NCBI RefSeq assembly: GCF_018350175.1
Contig: NC_058368.1
Span: forward strand, 62,746,001 to 62,810,000
Length of the DNA: 64,000 bases
Origin: Felis catus
Taxonomy: Eukaryota
Reading direction: 5' to 3'
Shown piece after piece: positions 1-12,935 of this stretch (position 1 is its first letter; each line of letters opens with the position of its first letter). The position numbers and the translations under genes are program-made. The notes beneath the pieces were generated by a model. That model saw only the letters and a program-made list of their open reading frames with translations, was not told where the DNA came from and did no database searches.

Positions 1-62
1 TTATCTATAGAAACTATATGTACATCGGAGTTAAGGAATTTATTAAAACTGTTTGAAGTCTT

Positions 63-270
63 GGGGCACCTGGGTGGCTCCATCAGTTAAGAGTCCGACT
101 TTGACTTAGGTCATGATCTCATGGTCTGTGGTTTCGAGCCCCCGGATTGGGCTCTGTGCTGACAGCCCAGAGCCTGGAGCCTGATTCAAGATCTCCATCT
201 CCATTTCCCTCTGCCCCTCCCTCACTCATGCTCTGTTTCTCTCTCTCAAAAAGAAATAAACATTAAAAAA
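63..270 (+). mobile_element. Carnivore tRNA-derived SINE (SINEC)
   Basis: GGGGCACCTGGGTGGCTC head, B-box-like GGTTTCGAGCCC, CT-rich tract, A-rich tail. Confidence 0.95.
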
Positions 271-1397
271 TATTTTTAAATGTTTAAAATCTCTAATTTT
301 TGAAAACTGTGAGCAATATCCAAAATGAAAGACAAACATAATTACACTTAAGTTTTGGAAATTGCATTGATGTTGTTGAACATTACATAAGAGTAATTGA
401 ATTTATTTTAAATTAATCATTGGTGAGACTACTTTTTCTTCTCTTAGAAAAAATTTGAGTCAGAATCATGCATTGGTTGAGATAGCAAATCAAGAATGTC
501 CAAATCAAACAGATTTTATGAATATTATGGAAATTAACTAAACAGGCAATTATGTCAGCAACAACTTTTTGACTAAATTACTACTCATGAATTTGCCAAG
601 TCATTATGAATCATTAAATTTTCAATCACTTGTGAAAATCTGTACTCACTAGCATTTTTTTATTTTAATTTTCTTTTTTTTTTACACTGGTTGTAATTTT
701 AGGGATGTTATATAAATGTACTACCCACAGCAAGACAAAAAAATGAGGCAATATATACGAAAGCAGTATGTAATTGAATCTATATTAGATCATTTGTGTA
801 TTTTACAAATATCACACAGGACTAATATCTTCAGCATAAAACATTTTGATCAAGAATCAACAAAACATGCTTGACAATACTTTCATTATCTTGGTCATTT
901 GCTTTTAACTGTGACTTTGAAATCATTAAAATGGTAATTATTTTGCTCAACGATTTAAAAACTCATTGATAATAAGATAAGTCTGAAATTGTCTAGGGCC
1001 ATCATATATATATTATCCTACCAATCTTTTCAGAGAACCACTTAAATATTTCTGGAAATAAGACGTAAAACTATACAGTAAAGTAAGTACTATTTTGCAA
1101 TTCAATAATTTCAGCAATCATTGAATTTCAGATCAATGGTCTTCTTTTTGGGATTCAAAATCTATTTAGAAATTCAATCATATCCACTGTCATCTATGAA
1201 AAAAATTTTTTCATGTCTCCCTAATATTGGGTAAATAAATATCTTCTGAGATAATGAATTCCACAGAAAATTTGAAAAAAAATAAATTGATAGTAATATT
1301 AAAAAATTGGCTACTATCTTCAAATTTCATCATCTATTTTAATTTCATATTATCCAGTACATTCCTTCAATACCATCCACACACAGTTATTACTTAC

Positions 1398-1454
1398 ACT
1401 TAGTCCATCCCAATATGATCTCATGGGAAACTCTGGCAGCCAGGGCACTCTTTT
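1398..1454 (-). other. Candidate 57-nt internal exon (no recognisable protein)
   Basis: Minus strand reads gcttttgttttcag|AAAAGAG...ACTAAGT|gtaagt; motif evidence only. Confidence 0.3.
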
Positions 1455-1659
1455 CTGAAAACAAAAGCCTAAATTCAGAGAGGTCTGATGTAAATGAGAA
1501 TTAAAAATGTCTGTCAATTATCTCATAAAAAATGATACTTTTAGAGCTGCTATATATTATTTATTATATTAAAAAAACACTAAGATCGTAATTATCCATA
1601 GTAGATACTTTTTATTTAGTATCACAACGTGATTCAACCATCCTGCAATTTTTAATGAT

Positions 1660-2146
1660 TATTGAACACTACATTTCCCTCTCTAACCAGAGTTTCAGAT
1701 GTGAATTAAGTCCTGCTAATTAAAAGCAGTCTGAGATATTTGGAAGGCAGAAGTGGGGCATAATTAACTCCAGCCATTCATTCTCAGAGAGATGAAAGTT
1801 TCCTGTGACAGCATTCTGAAGTCATGTCCATTCCCCAGTTCCTTGTGTCAAGAGACAGTTACAATTGTTCCAGCATTTTCATGTGACTTTCTAATCTCTG
1901 TCCAGTGGCTTTGGAAGTCCATACTCTAACCTTATGAGTGTGAGAGGTCATTGCACTATGGCTTTTTGATGTTGACTTAGCTCCAGTGACAGCCTGAAAG
2001 CAAGTTGTTCCCCTAAAGGATTAGTTGTGAAGTGATCACTCAAAAAAAGCCCAGATTAGAGTCCTTCAAATAATTCTTTAAGTACCTAAGTCTATTAAAA
2101 TAGCTAGAGTAGGTTCTGTTTATTTTACCGAATTTTCCACTAATCA
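1660..2146 (+). mobile_element. Old ERVL-type solo LTR (LTR33/LTR16-like)
   Basis: 3' end ttaaaatagctagagtaggttctgtt...actaatca resembles the recalled LTR33/LTR16 terminus. Confidence 0.55.
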
Positions 2147-3715
2147 AATAATGAAAATGTGAAAATGGCCAAACTATGGCTAAAATAAATCATATCATAT
2201 GTAATAGAGTGACCGAGGGGATCCGTTCAGTCCAGGCTGAGAGTACAGAAGCTGGAATGTGAATGGGGAAAAGTCAGTGCTACTTCATGACAATTAGGTA
2301 TAAAAAAAAAAAAAAAGGAGTCTAGGAAAGGGCATTTCTGAAATTAGGAAATATATGATGCCTATCTACATTACTGTGCAGATAACAACCATCAGCATCA
2401 TCAAATCATCAAATAATAATAATAGTGGTTAAAATCCAGAACACAAAGTCTATATGGTGGACAAAAAATAATGAAATAAATGAATTTAGGAATTTGAATC
2501 TAGAATAAATTCTCCTAAAGTGATAGGGTTCGAAGACTCATTTCACGGAATACCCACAGCCAAGATCACCTCTCAGGCCAGAAACCAACCCATATTCAAA
2601 CATCTCTGATAAAAGTATTTCTCTGAGTTTGACACCCAGGAAAAATTTACATGTGCAGAGGCATTAAAAGTGAGCTTCCAGTTGATCAGTAATCCTGCAG
2701 CACATAATCTAAATTTGGCAGTATTACTTTAAAACATCTCAGTGGACACATGTAGAATAAATGGAACTTAATGCAAGGGAAATCGACAGGAATGGAAGTT
2801 CTGGGTTGACAACTGCATTGCTTTGAAGGAATATAGGTTGTGTTCAGGTGGCCAAGCTTCAGACTGTAGCAGGGAGAGATCTATATCCTGTCTTCCATCA
2901 GAATGCTGCCCATAAGCATATATCTCCACTGATCCCTGGCATGCTGCAAGGTGTCATGGAAGTGCTGCTGCGTTGAATTATAGTTCATTAAGATCATGAC
3001 TGGCCACCAGGAGGTCAGCAGAGCTCATTAAACAAAAATATACCAATGGCTACATTGCAATACACTCATGATGATAGTATGTTGACACTTCTTTTTTAGC
3101 TTTTAGGCTGTGTGTTATGGTTGATTATCAAAAGGGCACAAACAGAAAATGTTTTGAGTGTTCTCCAAATTGATTAAAAATTGAAGCTGATACATGCATA
3201 GAAGGACCTCAAATAAGGAACATTGGGGAGATTAATAGGTATAAATGCAAATGGCTGGAAGAGTAAAGGGGATTGCTTTAGGAGGAGAGGAAGCATGTCA
3301 ACTAGTGAGGAAATCTACTAATATCAGAACAGCTGCAAATACATATGGAAAGAAATTTATCCAAGTTATCTTAGGAATGATCAGTATTAGTTAATGGGCT
3401 GTGACATTTACATGGAACTGTGTGTGCCCACATGTGGAATGTTGTCAGTAAATCTTCTTAGATTTCCTAGGCAAGTCGCAGCCAGTTTTCACATAAGCAT
3501 CATAACGTATAATGTTGTTCTGATATGATTGATTTGAATTCCCTAAAGAGAGAGCAATCCACATAAAAAGACTTTCTAAGAAAAGAAGATGTGGGAGAAA
3601 GGTCAGGGCAACTAAAGTAAATCTAAGAGGAATGACCTAAATTGGCAAGCAGTATATAGAACTATGTAGGTGTGAGATTAAGTTTAACATTTATTTTAAG
3701 ATACTCTATTTCCAA

Positions 3716-3940
3716 TTTTTTATTTTTTTTAATTTTTTTTAACGTTTATTTATTTTTGAGACAGAGAGAGACAGAGCATGAACGGGGGAGGGGCAGAGAG
3801 AGAGGGAGACACAGAATCGGAAACAGGCTCCAGGCTCAGAGCCATCAGCCCAGAGCCGACGCGGGGCTCGAACTCAACGGACCGCGAGATCGTGACCTGA
3901 GTCGAAGTCGGACGCTTAACCGACTGAGTCACCCAGGCGC
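3716..3940 (-). mobile_element. Young felid SINEC with TSD
   Basis: CpG-rich full-length copy; TSD ctctatttccaa at 3704-3715 and 3941-3952. Confidence 0.97.
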
Positions 3941-3974
3941 CTCTATTTCCAAATTTTTCAATCTTCATAAATTA

Positions 3975-4423
3975 AAAAGCATTGAACCATAAGAACTGAA
4001 ATGTACAAATAACTCTGACTTTAATCAGTAAGAAATGTATGATATATACAGCAAAAAATCAGAGATTGGTGATCCATGGGCTGTTCAATAGTTTTCAAAT
4101 ACAACCACACTCTTCTTCCTCTCTAGAATTTTCACAGTGTTAACTTTTTGTCCTTTGATAGCAAGATGGCTGCTATATCTTTAGGTACCACAACTATATT
4201 CACAGCCAGAAAGTTGGGAAAGCCAACCCAGGGTGGCAAAACCCGTCTCCATGGCTCATTTCTTTCATTAATAAAGAAACTATCCCCCAGAATCTCCCAG
4301 CAACACTGTCACAACATGGCTATGGGACCCTTTTTGGCAGCAAAAAAGACTGGAAAAGAAATGATAAGACTTGACAATTTTCGTGGTAAGACCTAGACAA
4401 GGATGGACAAGGGTGTCTGCTAC
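3975..4423 (-). mobile_element. MLT1 (J/K/L-like) MaLR LTR remnant
   Basis: gcaagatggctgct motif; terminus gtgtctgctaca typical of reverse-oriented old MLT1. Confidence 0.6.
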
Positions 4424-4849
4424 AATGATTATGCATGTATTACTTTTATAAAATTAAAATTTTAAATACTTCAAACTTTCAAAAATATAAAGTTAATGTA
4501 ACACATTGCATTAATAATGCAATGTTAATGTACACCCTTAGATATTTAATTAAAAAAATATTGCACATGTATATACATATATATATATTGCACTATATAT
4601 ATATATGTATGTGTAGATATATATATATATTGCATATACTGCAAACAACTTATCTCCAGAGTCACACTCCTCCATGCCTATCGCAGGTAAACACTCATTT
4701 GAATGTGATGTTTCTTAGTCCAATTCATTTGTTTTTATTTTTAATGTATGTACTATGCACACAACACACACATGTGTGTATATGAATATTATATAGATAA
4801 AAATACAAATTATATATGCATATATCAAAGAAATATAATAAAGCAGTAA

Positions 4850-5270
4850 GTTAATACATTTGCCAGATACCAGATAGAAAAAAAAAACATAAAATCTGAT
4901 AATACCAATGGTTGGTGAAGATATGCAGAAACAGGAACACTCATATGCTTCTGTTGTAAGCATAAATGGGTACAAATACTTGATAGAAATATTTGCTGTT
5001 ATCAGTTAATTGAACATGTACATGAATTGAGTCCTGTGATTGTAGTTCTATGCATAGACTCTAGGAAAACTTTTCCATATGAGCACTAGGAGAAATCAAG
5101 CAGAGAACTGATAAATAAGGCATACCATTTTCACCACTTTGAAAGTGAACAAACAGTTATTGATATTTATAGATGAATCTCACAAATTCAAGAGTGAGCA
5201 GAAAAGAAATTGTCAATGTATTCAATAGAATATGATTTGTGAAGTTTAAATAAGTTGAAATTAATATTAT
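4850..5270 (+). mobile_element. L1ME-like 3' fragment
   Basis: ctgataataccaatggttggtgaagatatgcagaaacaggaacactcata...gatgaatctcacaa matches old L1 ORF2 end/3' UTR. Confidence 0.7.
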
Positions 5271-6105
5271 GTGTTACTTTTTTAGAGAAAAAGGATAGAA
5301 AAGACATTATCTTAACTCTGTTGGGACAAGAGATTAGGAAGAAGAAGCAGATTATTTTTTCCCCCTAGCAGAGATAGTTAGAAAAAGCATTTGGGAGATT
5401 AGGGGAGAAATATTATCCCTGGGGCATCACTTGTGGTTTATTCTAATAATCTCCAACACTCATATGTGGGCATATTGATCTGAACACATATCAAATCCAT
5501 AATGAAGCCTATAAATCAGCAAGGAGAGAAGACACACACTTGTGCACACACACATACACACACATCCCTGTAAGGTTATATTAATTTGCTGATTTCATTT
5601 AGTCAGAAGTATCAGAAATAATCATGGCCCCTGAGAGCAAGAGGAAATGAAGCATATTTTTGTGGTCATTATTAAGTGTAAATTCTTTAAAGAAAATTAT
5701 TTTAAATTTTCTTATATTTTATTGCAAATTATTTTGGCCTTTATTTCAGTTATCCAATACTTGGTAACAAACATCTTCAAAATGCAAAGGTTCAAAATAA
5801 TAACTTCCTATGATTTTATATTTTTAACCAGATTGTTTTCCTATTTACACCAAAACTATAAAATCAGTATCAATGCCCAGATTTTTCTGAGCTGATACCC
5901 TACCTCCAGCCAGCCATCAACCTAAATCTCATTATCCCCACAATCTAAAAAATGAAAAAAAAATAAAAGTAATCTTTTTTAGTTTTAGTTTTAGCTTTTA
6001 CTATTATTATCACTCTATACCTGGTCCCATGTAAGAAAACATTCACAATATAAATTTTCTTCATTTGTGATTTCAAAAATATAAAAAGATAAACCACCTT
6101 GGACC

Positions 6106-6175
6106 ATTATATATTATATATTATATTATATATTATATTATATATATGTTATATATGTAAATTATATATATATAT
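6106..6175. repeat. (ATATT)n/(TA)n low-complexity repeat
   Basis: Directly visible. Confidence 0.9.
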
Positions 6176-7223
6176 TTCCATTATCTTGATTGTTAATGTT
6201 TGTGTTATATTAATATTTGCCATCAAAGATACATTTTCCATCTGATTTCTTTTGCTCAGTACTAAAAGGAAGGCAATAATAGCAATACTGTTTAGAAAAT
6301 TCCATTTATATCATGGAATTAATATCTCTTTTACCAACACCAGAATGCTATGATGACCAATAAAATTAGAATAGGAGCGGGCTGTTCTTTAGGGTCTATG
6401 CAGAGTGGGGGAAATTAGTAGTCAATGAAAACCCAAAAACGTACCAAAGATGGGAACAAGAATCATAGTCACAGGTCAGTCAGAAGACAGAAATTGCAAA
6501 ACAAAGACCAGGAAAAGTATGCCAAATTCTCTTCATCTCCATGGTTACTTATAACGTGATTAAGCTGCACATGCTGAGACCAACAGCCCCAGCCTCTGTT
6601 TAGAATGTTCTCTTCTCCTCAAGGCTGTGTGCCTGTGTGATTTCACAGAAATACCCTCTACATCCAGCACAGTATCTGAAATATACTAGGCACTTAATAA
6701 CCATTTGTTTAATTAATTAGTTAAATAGGGGTTATTTACTTATTTTTTATTTATTTATTTATTTATTTATTTTGCAATTTACAATTTACAATGTCTCATC
6801 TGGTACCTAGACCACAGAAGATCAATGTCTTTCATATTTCATAGTCTAAAGGACTTTTTAAAAGAGCACACTTATTTACATATTATTAGATATTATTTAG
6901 ATATTATTAATATTATTGCCCTAATTGTTCAAAGCTTTTCAATTCAGGCCACTTTACTGTCCACACAATAGAAGTAACCCCTTGAATCAGATTCTTCATC
7001 CCTAGCAGCTACCAGCCTACAGTCCCATACCACTTTTCCATGCATGGTGCTCTGAGTTAAGAGTTTTATGCTAAAAGGGAAGCTGAGCCTGGCAAGAGCC
7101 AATGTCAGTATCGTCTACACAATGGTAAGAAAGCAATAAATATTTAAACCCCAACATGTTTGCATGGGAAACAGTTTTATACCAAATAAGATTGTTTGGG
7201 GGTGATTTTAAAAGTATATGTCA

Positions 7224-7430
7224 GGGGCGCCTGGGTGGCTCAGTCGGTTAAGCGTCCGACTTCGGCTCAGGTCATGATCTCGCGGTCCGTGGGTTCAAGC
7301 CCCGCGTGGGGCTCTGTGCTGACAGCTCAGAGCCTGGAGCCTGTTTCCGATTCTGTGTCTCCCTCTCTCTCTGCCCCTCCCCCATTCATCCTCTGTCTTT
7401 CTGTCTCAAAAATTAAAAAAAAAAAAAAAA
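7224..7430 (+). mobile_element. Young felid SINEC with TSD
   Basis: Intact head, pure A tail, TSD aaaagtatatgtca on both sides. Confidence 0.97.
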
Positions 7431-8584
7431 AGTATATGTCAAGATAAAACTCAAATTGTAAGACAAGATCAAAATCTCTCTAAAATATCTACTCAGCATT
7501 TCAGTTCATCAAAGAACTACACTCTGGTTCCTTTTGAGAATGTCAGCAATAGTTATTGTATGTGATGGACTTAATTACTCCTCCTCCATTGGTCATAACT
7601 CTGTGACTAAAATGACTGGCTATTAATTGTATAACAGCAGACTTGTTTTCTACAGTGGAGAGTGATAAAATTTACTATTGATAAGCAATTATCTTTTTAT
7701 CAGATTGAGACATTTTCCAGTTGAGTTAATGCTTATTATCTGTTTTAGTCAATAACTTTTGGAAAAAGTTCTAGAGGTGAAGATCTTTCTCAACTACAAC
7801 AGTTCTATTAGAATCTACTAAATTAGAATGTCCCCACAAAGGGAAATTCAGATTCTTTGCTACACCTGTTTCTTTATTAAATTTTTGGATTGCAAAGTGA
7901 ATAAAAATTGCTATTTCCCTTATTTCTACATGTATTCATCATGCAAAACTACTAGTATTTTTCCCGCATGACAATCAGGTAAATGCAGAAACATCATTTC
8001 TATGGAAGTTTAAGATGCAATGGTATGATTTTCAAAAGAAGTTTTGGAGAACAAACTTTTTTAAATGTAGAAAATTTTGCTCTATGTCATGGGTTTTCAG
8101 ATTATTGTCCAGAGACCAGATCTGCTCCCAACCCACCTCCACCCCCACTTGGTTCCAATCATCCACCAGCTAAAAATGTATTTTTAAAAAATATTTTGAA
8201 TGATCAATAAGTATCTACATAATATCCTAAATTTGCCTCTTTGCCTGTAAAGTCTGTAGTAAATCTTGTCTATCTCGGCTCTGAATGTGTTGTATGCATT
8301 GCTAACCTAGTAATTAAAAATATCAACATATCTAACCAAAGTCTTTTCTTTTCCATATAATAACACGAGAGTTTCACCACCTAATTTTGCAATAATCACA
8401 GAACTTGCCTTTGATCTATAATCTCATTTTGAAATTTAAGAGAGCATAGTAAGAAATTTTATGTCAGTGTAATAATAATAACAATAGTATATTAAGTTCA
8501 CTAAATTCATAAAGTTCAGAATATTCACTTCATACATATTCCAATATACAATAGTGACAAAATCCATAAATAAACAGAGCTATC

Positions 8585-8680
8585 TCCATAAACCTATTTT
8601 ATAGGGCAGAATGGAAATTAGTCTCAAAGAGGTTAAGTGATCGGCCCAGGGTTATAAGTCTTATAATTAGGAGGGTTCTT
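8585..8680 (-). mobile_element. MIR core fragment
   Basis: ggaaattagtctcaaagaggttaagtgatcggcccaggg resembles the MIR core. Confidence 0.55.
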
Positions 8681-9435
8681 CTGCAATACTCTTTTTACAT
8701 AGATTCATGATGCCTCTTCAAATTAATCTGAACTCTCAGTTCATTTAGTTAATTATGCAAGAAAAATAATCATAAACTAGTTATGCATATAATGGTAAAG
8801 TCAAAAGATAATGGATATAATGCAATTAGCATTGTTTTGTTGCAGTTAATGAATAAATCATAACAATCAGGTCACCTGGTAGACACCTTACTAAAATGAA
8901 TAAAAGAGTTAACTATATAACATGCACTATAGAAGATAAAATAGATTAATGGATTAATTAAGCAATCTCAAAGTACCGATTTCAACTCTACCAATGAGAA
9001 CAAAACCTTTAAATCAGCTACTTACTTGCATTAAATCTTTGACAAATTTAACAATGTAATTTTTGTAACCATCTCTCCAGTTACTAATAAATTCTATGTC
9101 AAATTTCAATTTCATTAAGCAAGGGCAAGTCAAATTAACCACTGATTTGTATTTCAATAATAAGTATTAGCTTTACATGATTCCAATGTTGTTATTACAA
9201 TTACATATCTATAAATTTAGAGAATTTACTTTTAATTTCCTAGGAAACTATAAAGGTATATCATAAGTCATAGAGAAAGACATCATGTGGGAGTGAAAAT
9301 GGGGTATTAAAACTCACTGTTGTGAAATGTCAGGAAAAATTAAAATACAAATTATATGTATTTTATTCGAGTGCTAATTTAAGAATGAATTAAGGCACAG
9401 CACCATATTTAAGCTTTTTAAAGAATTAACTTTAA

Positions 9436-9660
9436 GGGGCGCCTGGGTGGCGCAGTCGGTTAAGCATCCGACTTCAGCCAGGTCACGATCTCGCAGTCCG
9501 TGAGTTCGAGCCCCACGTCAGGCTCTGGGCTGATGGCTCAGAGCCTGGAGCCCGTTTCCGATTCTGTGTCTCCCTCTCTCTCTGCCCCTCCCCCGTTCAT
9601 GTTCTGTCTCTCTCTGTCCCAAAAATAAATAAAAACGTTGAAAAAAAAATAAAAAAAAAA
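9436..9660 (+). mobile_element. Very young felid SINEC (SINEC_Fc-like) with TSD
   Basis: GGTGGCGCAGTCGG head, many CpGs retained, TSD aagaattaactttaag. Confidence 0.97.
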
Positions 9661-10478
9661 AGAATTAACTTTAAGCCTATTTTCTTAACATAGGAAGACT
9701 GGCCTATCAAGTGACTACTAGGGAATTCTTAATTGTATTTGGTGCTTATATCTGATGACTTGGAAATGGTTTTGAGTATATTTTTTTTTTAGAATTTGAT
9801 TATAATTTTATAATCTTAAATATATGATTTTTTCCAATTATGATTGGAAATGAACAACTTGGTAGAAAATGTAATTAATAGATCCACTTACATTTTCTTT
9901 AATATTAGGTAAGTGATAGGACAGTTATTTTCTTCCACTCATTTTGGAGGTCTGGGCTTGCATGTTTTTTTCCTTTATTTTTTAATTTCAAAATAAATAG
10001 ACCCCACTCCCACCTAATTGGTAAATAATTCCTGGTATGGGTGTAAAAGTAGATTCCATTTCCTTTTCATGTATTTCATAATCACCTCTTTGGTTATAGT
10101 TTTTCCAAAATTTTCTGTTCCATAGTAATCATCTTAATCTAATTTTTAAACCCCTTTTTCTTTGCATTCTAGAACAGCATTTTAAGATTATCTTTCACAT
10201 TACTGATTGTATTTTCTTCATTGTCCTTTCTATTTCTTACATAAAGTGCATTTTTCAATTTTTATCCAATTTCTACTTTTTTATACAATTGTACTTTGTC
10301 TCATCCAGTTCCATTTTCATCAGTAGACTTTCATGATATAATTATCTCTTGTTTCAATGTTTCCCTAATGTTTAATTAACAAAAAGCAGATGCCTTGAAA
10401 TAGGTTTTTTTGTTTATTCTTCCAAAACACTGATGTCCTCTCAACTTAGAATAAACTGGCGAACAATCTCATAAGATT

Positions 10479-10638
10479 GAGGAGCATATGGGTGGCTCAG
10501 TTGGTTAAGCACCTGACTTCAGCTCAGGTCATGATCTCATGGTCTGTGAGTTCGAGCCCTGCATCTGGCTCTGTGCTGACAGCTCAGAACCTGGAGCCTG
10601 CTTCAGATTCTGTGTCTCCCTCTCTCTCTGCCCCTCTC

Positions 10639-10673
<35 letters not shown>

Positions 10674-10695
10674 AATAAATAAACATTATAAAAAA
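10479..10695 (+). mobile_element. SINEC
   Basis: SINEC body, (CT)n tract and A tail. Confidence 0.95.
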
Positions 10696-11000
10696 GTCTT
10701 TTAAAGACCCATAATAATTCCTTTTATTTATTTTTTCTTTCTTTTTAACTATTTTGAGCAGGGAACACTAGGTCCAGACCCAGTGTTGACCTGAAATTCT
10801 CCTTGTCCCTCTTCTCTGGTGACCCGGTTTCTCCTTGAATCTTCCTTGTAGGTCTTGAGATGGAAGACAAATTAATATCAATAACCCCAAGTTAGCTTTC
10901 TGTGGTCTCCAACAGTAGTTATCTTATATGATTCATCAGGAAGTGAAAGAAATACTTTTATGATTCTGCTTCTTGCATAAAGAGTGAATTAGGGCTTCCT

Positions 11001-11163
11001 TTATTTTTTTAAAGTTTATTTATTTATTTATTTATTTAGAGAGAATGAGAGAGTGGGAATGGGGAGGGGTGAAGAGACAGGGAGGGAGAGAATCCCAGAG
11101 CCTGATGCATGGAGTGGAAATCAAGAGTGGGACACTAAACTGACCGAGCCACTCAGGCACCCC
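11001..11163 (-). mobile_element. Older, internally deleted SINEC
   Basis: (TTTA)n tail; ends gagccactcaggcacccc. Confidence 0.85.
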
Positions 11164-11689
11164 AGTGACTGGTAATATTTGGATACGTACATCAATATAG
11201 GATAAGGGCAGAGTCAGGGGAATGAGGAGTTATCCCTCCAAAACTATGTCTAATGCTTCATGAAAAACTTGAATTTTAGATTCACATCCAAGCCCTCAAG
11301 TTCACAAACAGTTCAATGGAATTCCCAGCATCACCATTCACATGGACTAAAAATCAATATATAGGCTTTATTTTCTTGTGTTTGGTGGTTAAAAATAATA
11401 ACATCTTTAATAAAATTCATTAAAATATCTTAAATTACTGATTTCCGTGATAGATGATCCAACATAGTCTGAGGCTTTGTTTGGGTACTTATCAATGGAA
11501 ACATCCCAAAATAAACATTTCCTTGTTTGGAATGATTCTGAAAGGTGAACCAATACATCAAAAGTTTCTCACAAAACTTGTGTCCTAGTGGAGACTCTAT
11601 GAGCCCAAGAAGAATATGCCAATGTGTCCAAAAAGGACTGTCACCAGATGCATTTGGGAAGAAACACAGCAAAGTAGATCAAAGTAAAG

Positions 11690-11842
11690 CATTCAGGAGT
11701 ATGGATGCCTATACTCAATACTAATCCTGCTCTTTGGCATTTGTAAGGCTTGAGGCATTTAGTCTAATCTCTTTTTGAGGAACAAAGACTAAGTACAAAG
11801 TACTTAGAACAGTGCCTCTCAGGTAGTAAGCATTCAACAAAG
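11690..11842 (+). mobile_element. MIR fragment
   Basis: aaagtacttagaacagtgcc...gtaagcattcaacaaa matches the MIR 3' end. Confidence 0.6.
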
Positions 11843-12458
11843 TGTCTTCCCTTAAAGAAATGGAAATTGCTCAGCAGGTTCTAACTTCAGAAATTGAAAG
11901 GATGTCATTTCATTGTCTGGGATGTACAACACTTCTTAGGTAGTATCCCAGGTTAACCTGTCCAAATATAACTTTATTAAGAAATAACAGTGGGCTGCAA
12001 TATGTCTAAATATGCCAGCTTTGTGATGAGTCAAACCTGTGGAAGGTATGGTAGTCTAAGCTCGATATTCAACAAATTGTCCACACTATCTGTCGAATAT
12101 TTTTTGTTTGTTTCTGAAGTAGGTGGGATGGAGCTGCCATGTGAAGTCAGAATCCATTTTGAGTCTATGTTCCCCCTCTACTGAAAAAACGAAAGCCTGT
12201 GTAATTCTCATATATGAGGTAGAAATAAACTTTGTCAAATTACAGTCTCAGCCCTATTCTATCGATTACATCTGCCACCTTAAAGAGTTGTTTCTTCAAA
12301 GTACTTCTTAACATAATTATACTTCCAAAATATGCTAACAAATACAAACAGCTCATAAACCTTAGGCCACTTTAATTATGCCCAAAAAGCATTTGGCCCT
12401 AAAAACCCTAAGCAAGTATTGTCTTACATTTTGGGGGTAAATGGATGATTATGATTTA

Positions 12459-12677
12459 TTATTATTTTTTAATGTTTATTTATTTGTGAGAGAGAGACAG
12501 ACAGACCATGAGCTGGGGAGGCGCAGAGAGAGAGAGAAGGAGATGCAGAATCCGAATCAGTCTCCAGGGTCTGAGCTGTCAGCACAGAGCCTGATGCAGG
12601 GCTCAAACCCACAGACTGTGAAATCATGACCCGAGCCAGTGTCGGACATTTAACCTACTGAGCCACCCAGGCACCAC
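12459..12677 (-). mobile_element. SINEC with TSD
   Basis: Flanked by tggatgattatgattta / tggatgattatcattta. Confidence 0.95.
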
Positions 12678-12800
12678 TGGATGATTATCATTTAAAAGAT
12701 GCATTTATTTTTACAGTACCAAATTCGGATGATTTTACCCTGTAATCTCTCTGACCATTCCAGGCTCTCTTTAACATTAATAATCCACAGTTTTCAAAAA

Positions 12801-12935
12801 GTGCTGTTGATAGAACTTTCTGGAATAAATATGGTAGCCACTAGCCACATGTTGTTCCTAAGCAATTGAAATACAGCTAGTGTAACCGAGAATCTATATT
12901 TAAGTTTATCATATAACTACATGGCTAGTGCTAAT
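12801..12935. mobile_element. MER3/MER33-like hAT-Charlie remnant
   Basis: atagaactttctg...aatatggtagccactagccacatg...catggctagtg. Confidence 0.7.

Noticed and set aside
3672..3992. Recurrent ORFs with GAWVAQSVKRPTSAQVMISR-like peptides (also at 7196, 10477, 25890, 47476, 49662, 51358, 55295)
   Set aside because: These are translations of SINEC copies, not a gene family.
12036..12182. Minus-strand acceptor ttcgttttttcag with possible exon
   Set aside because: Only weak donors downstream, and all frames are closed.
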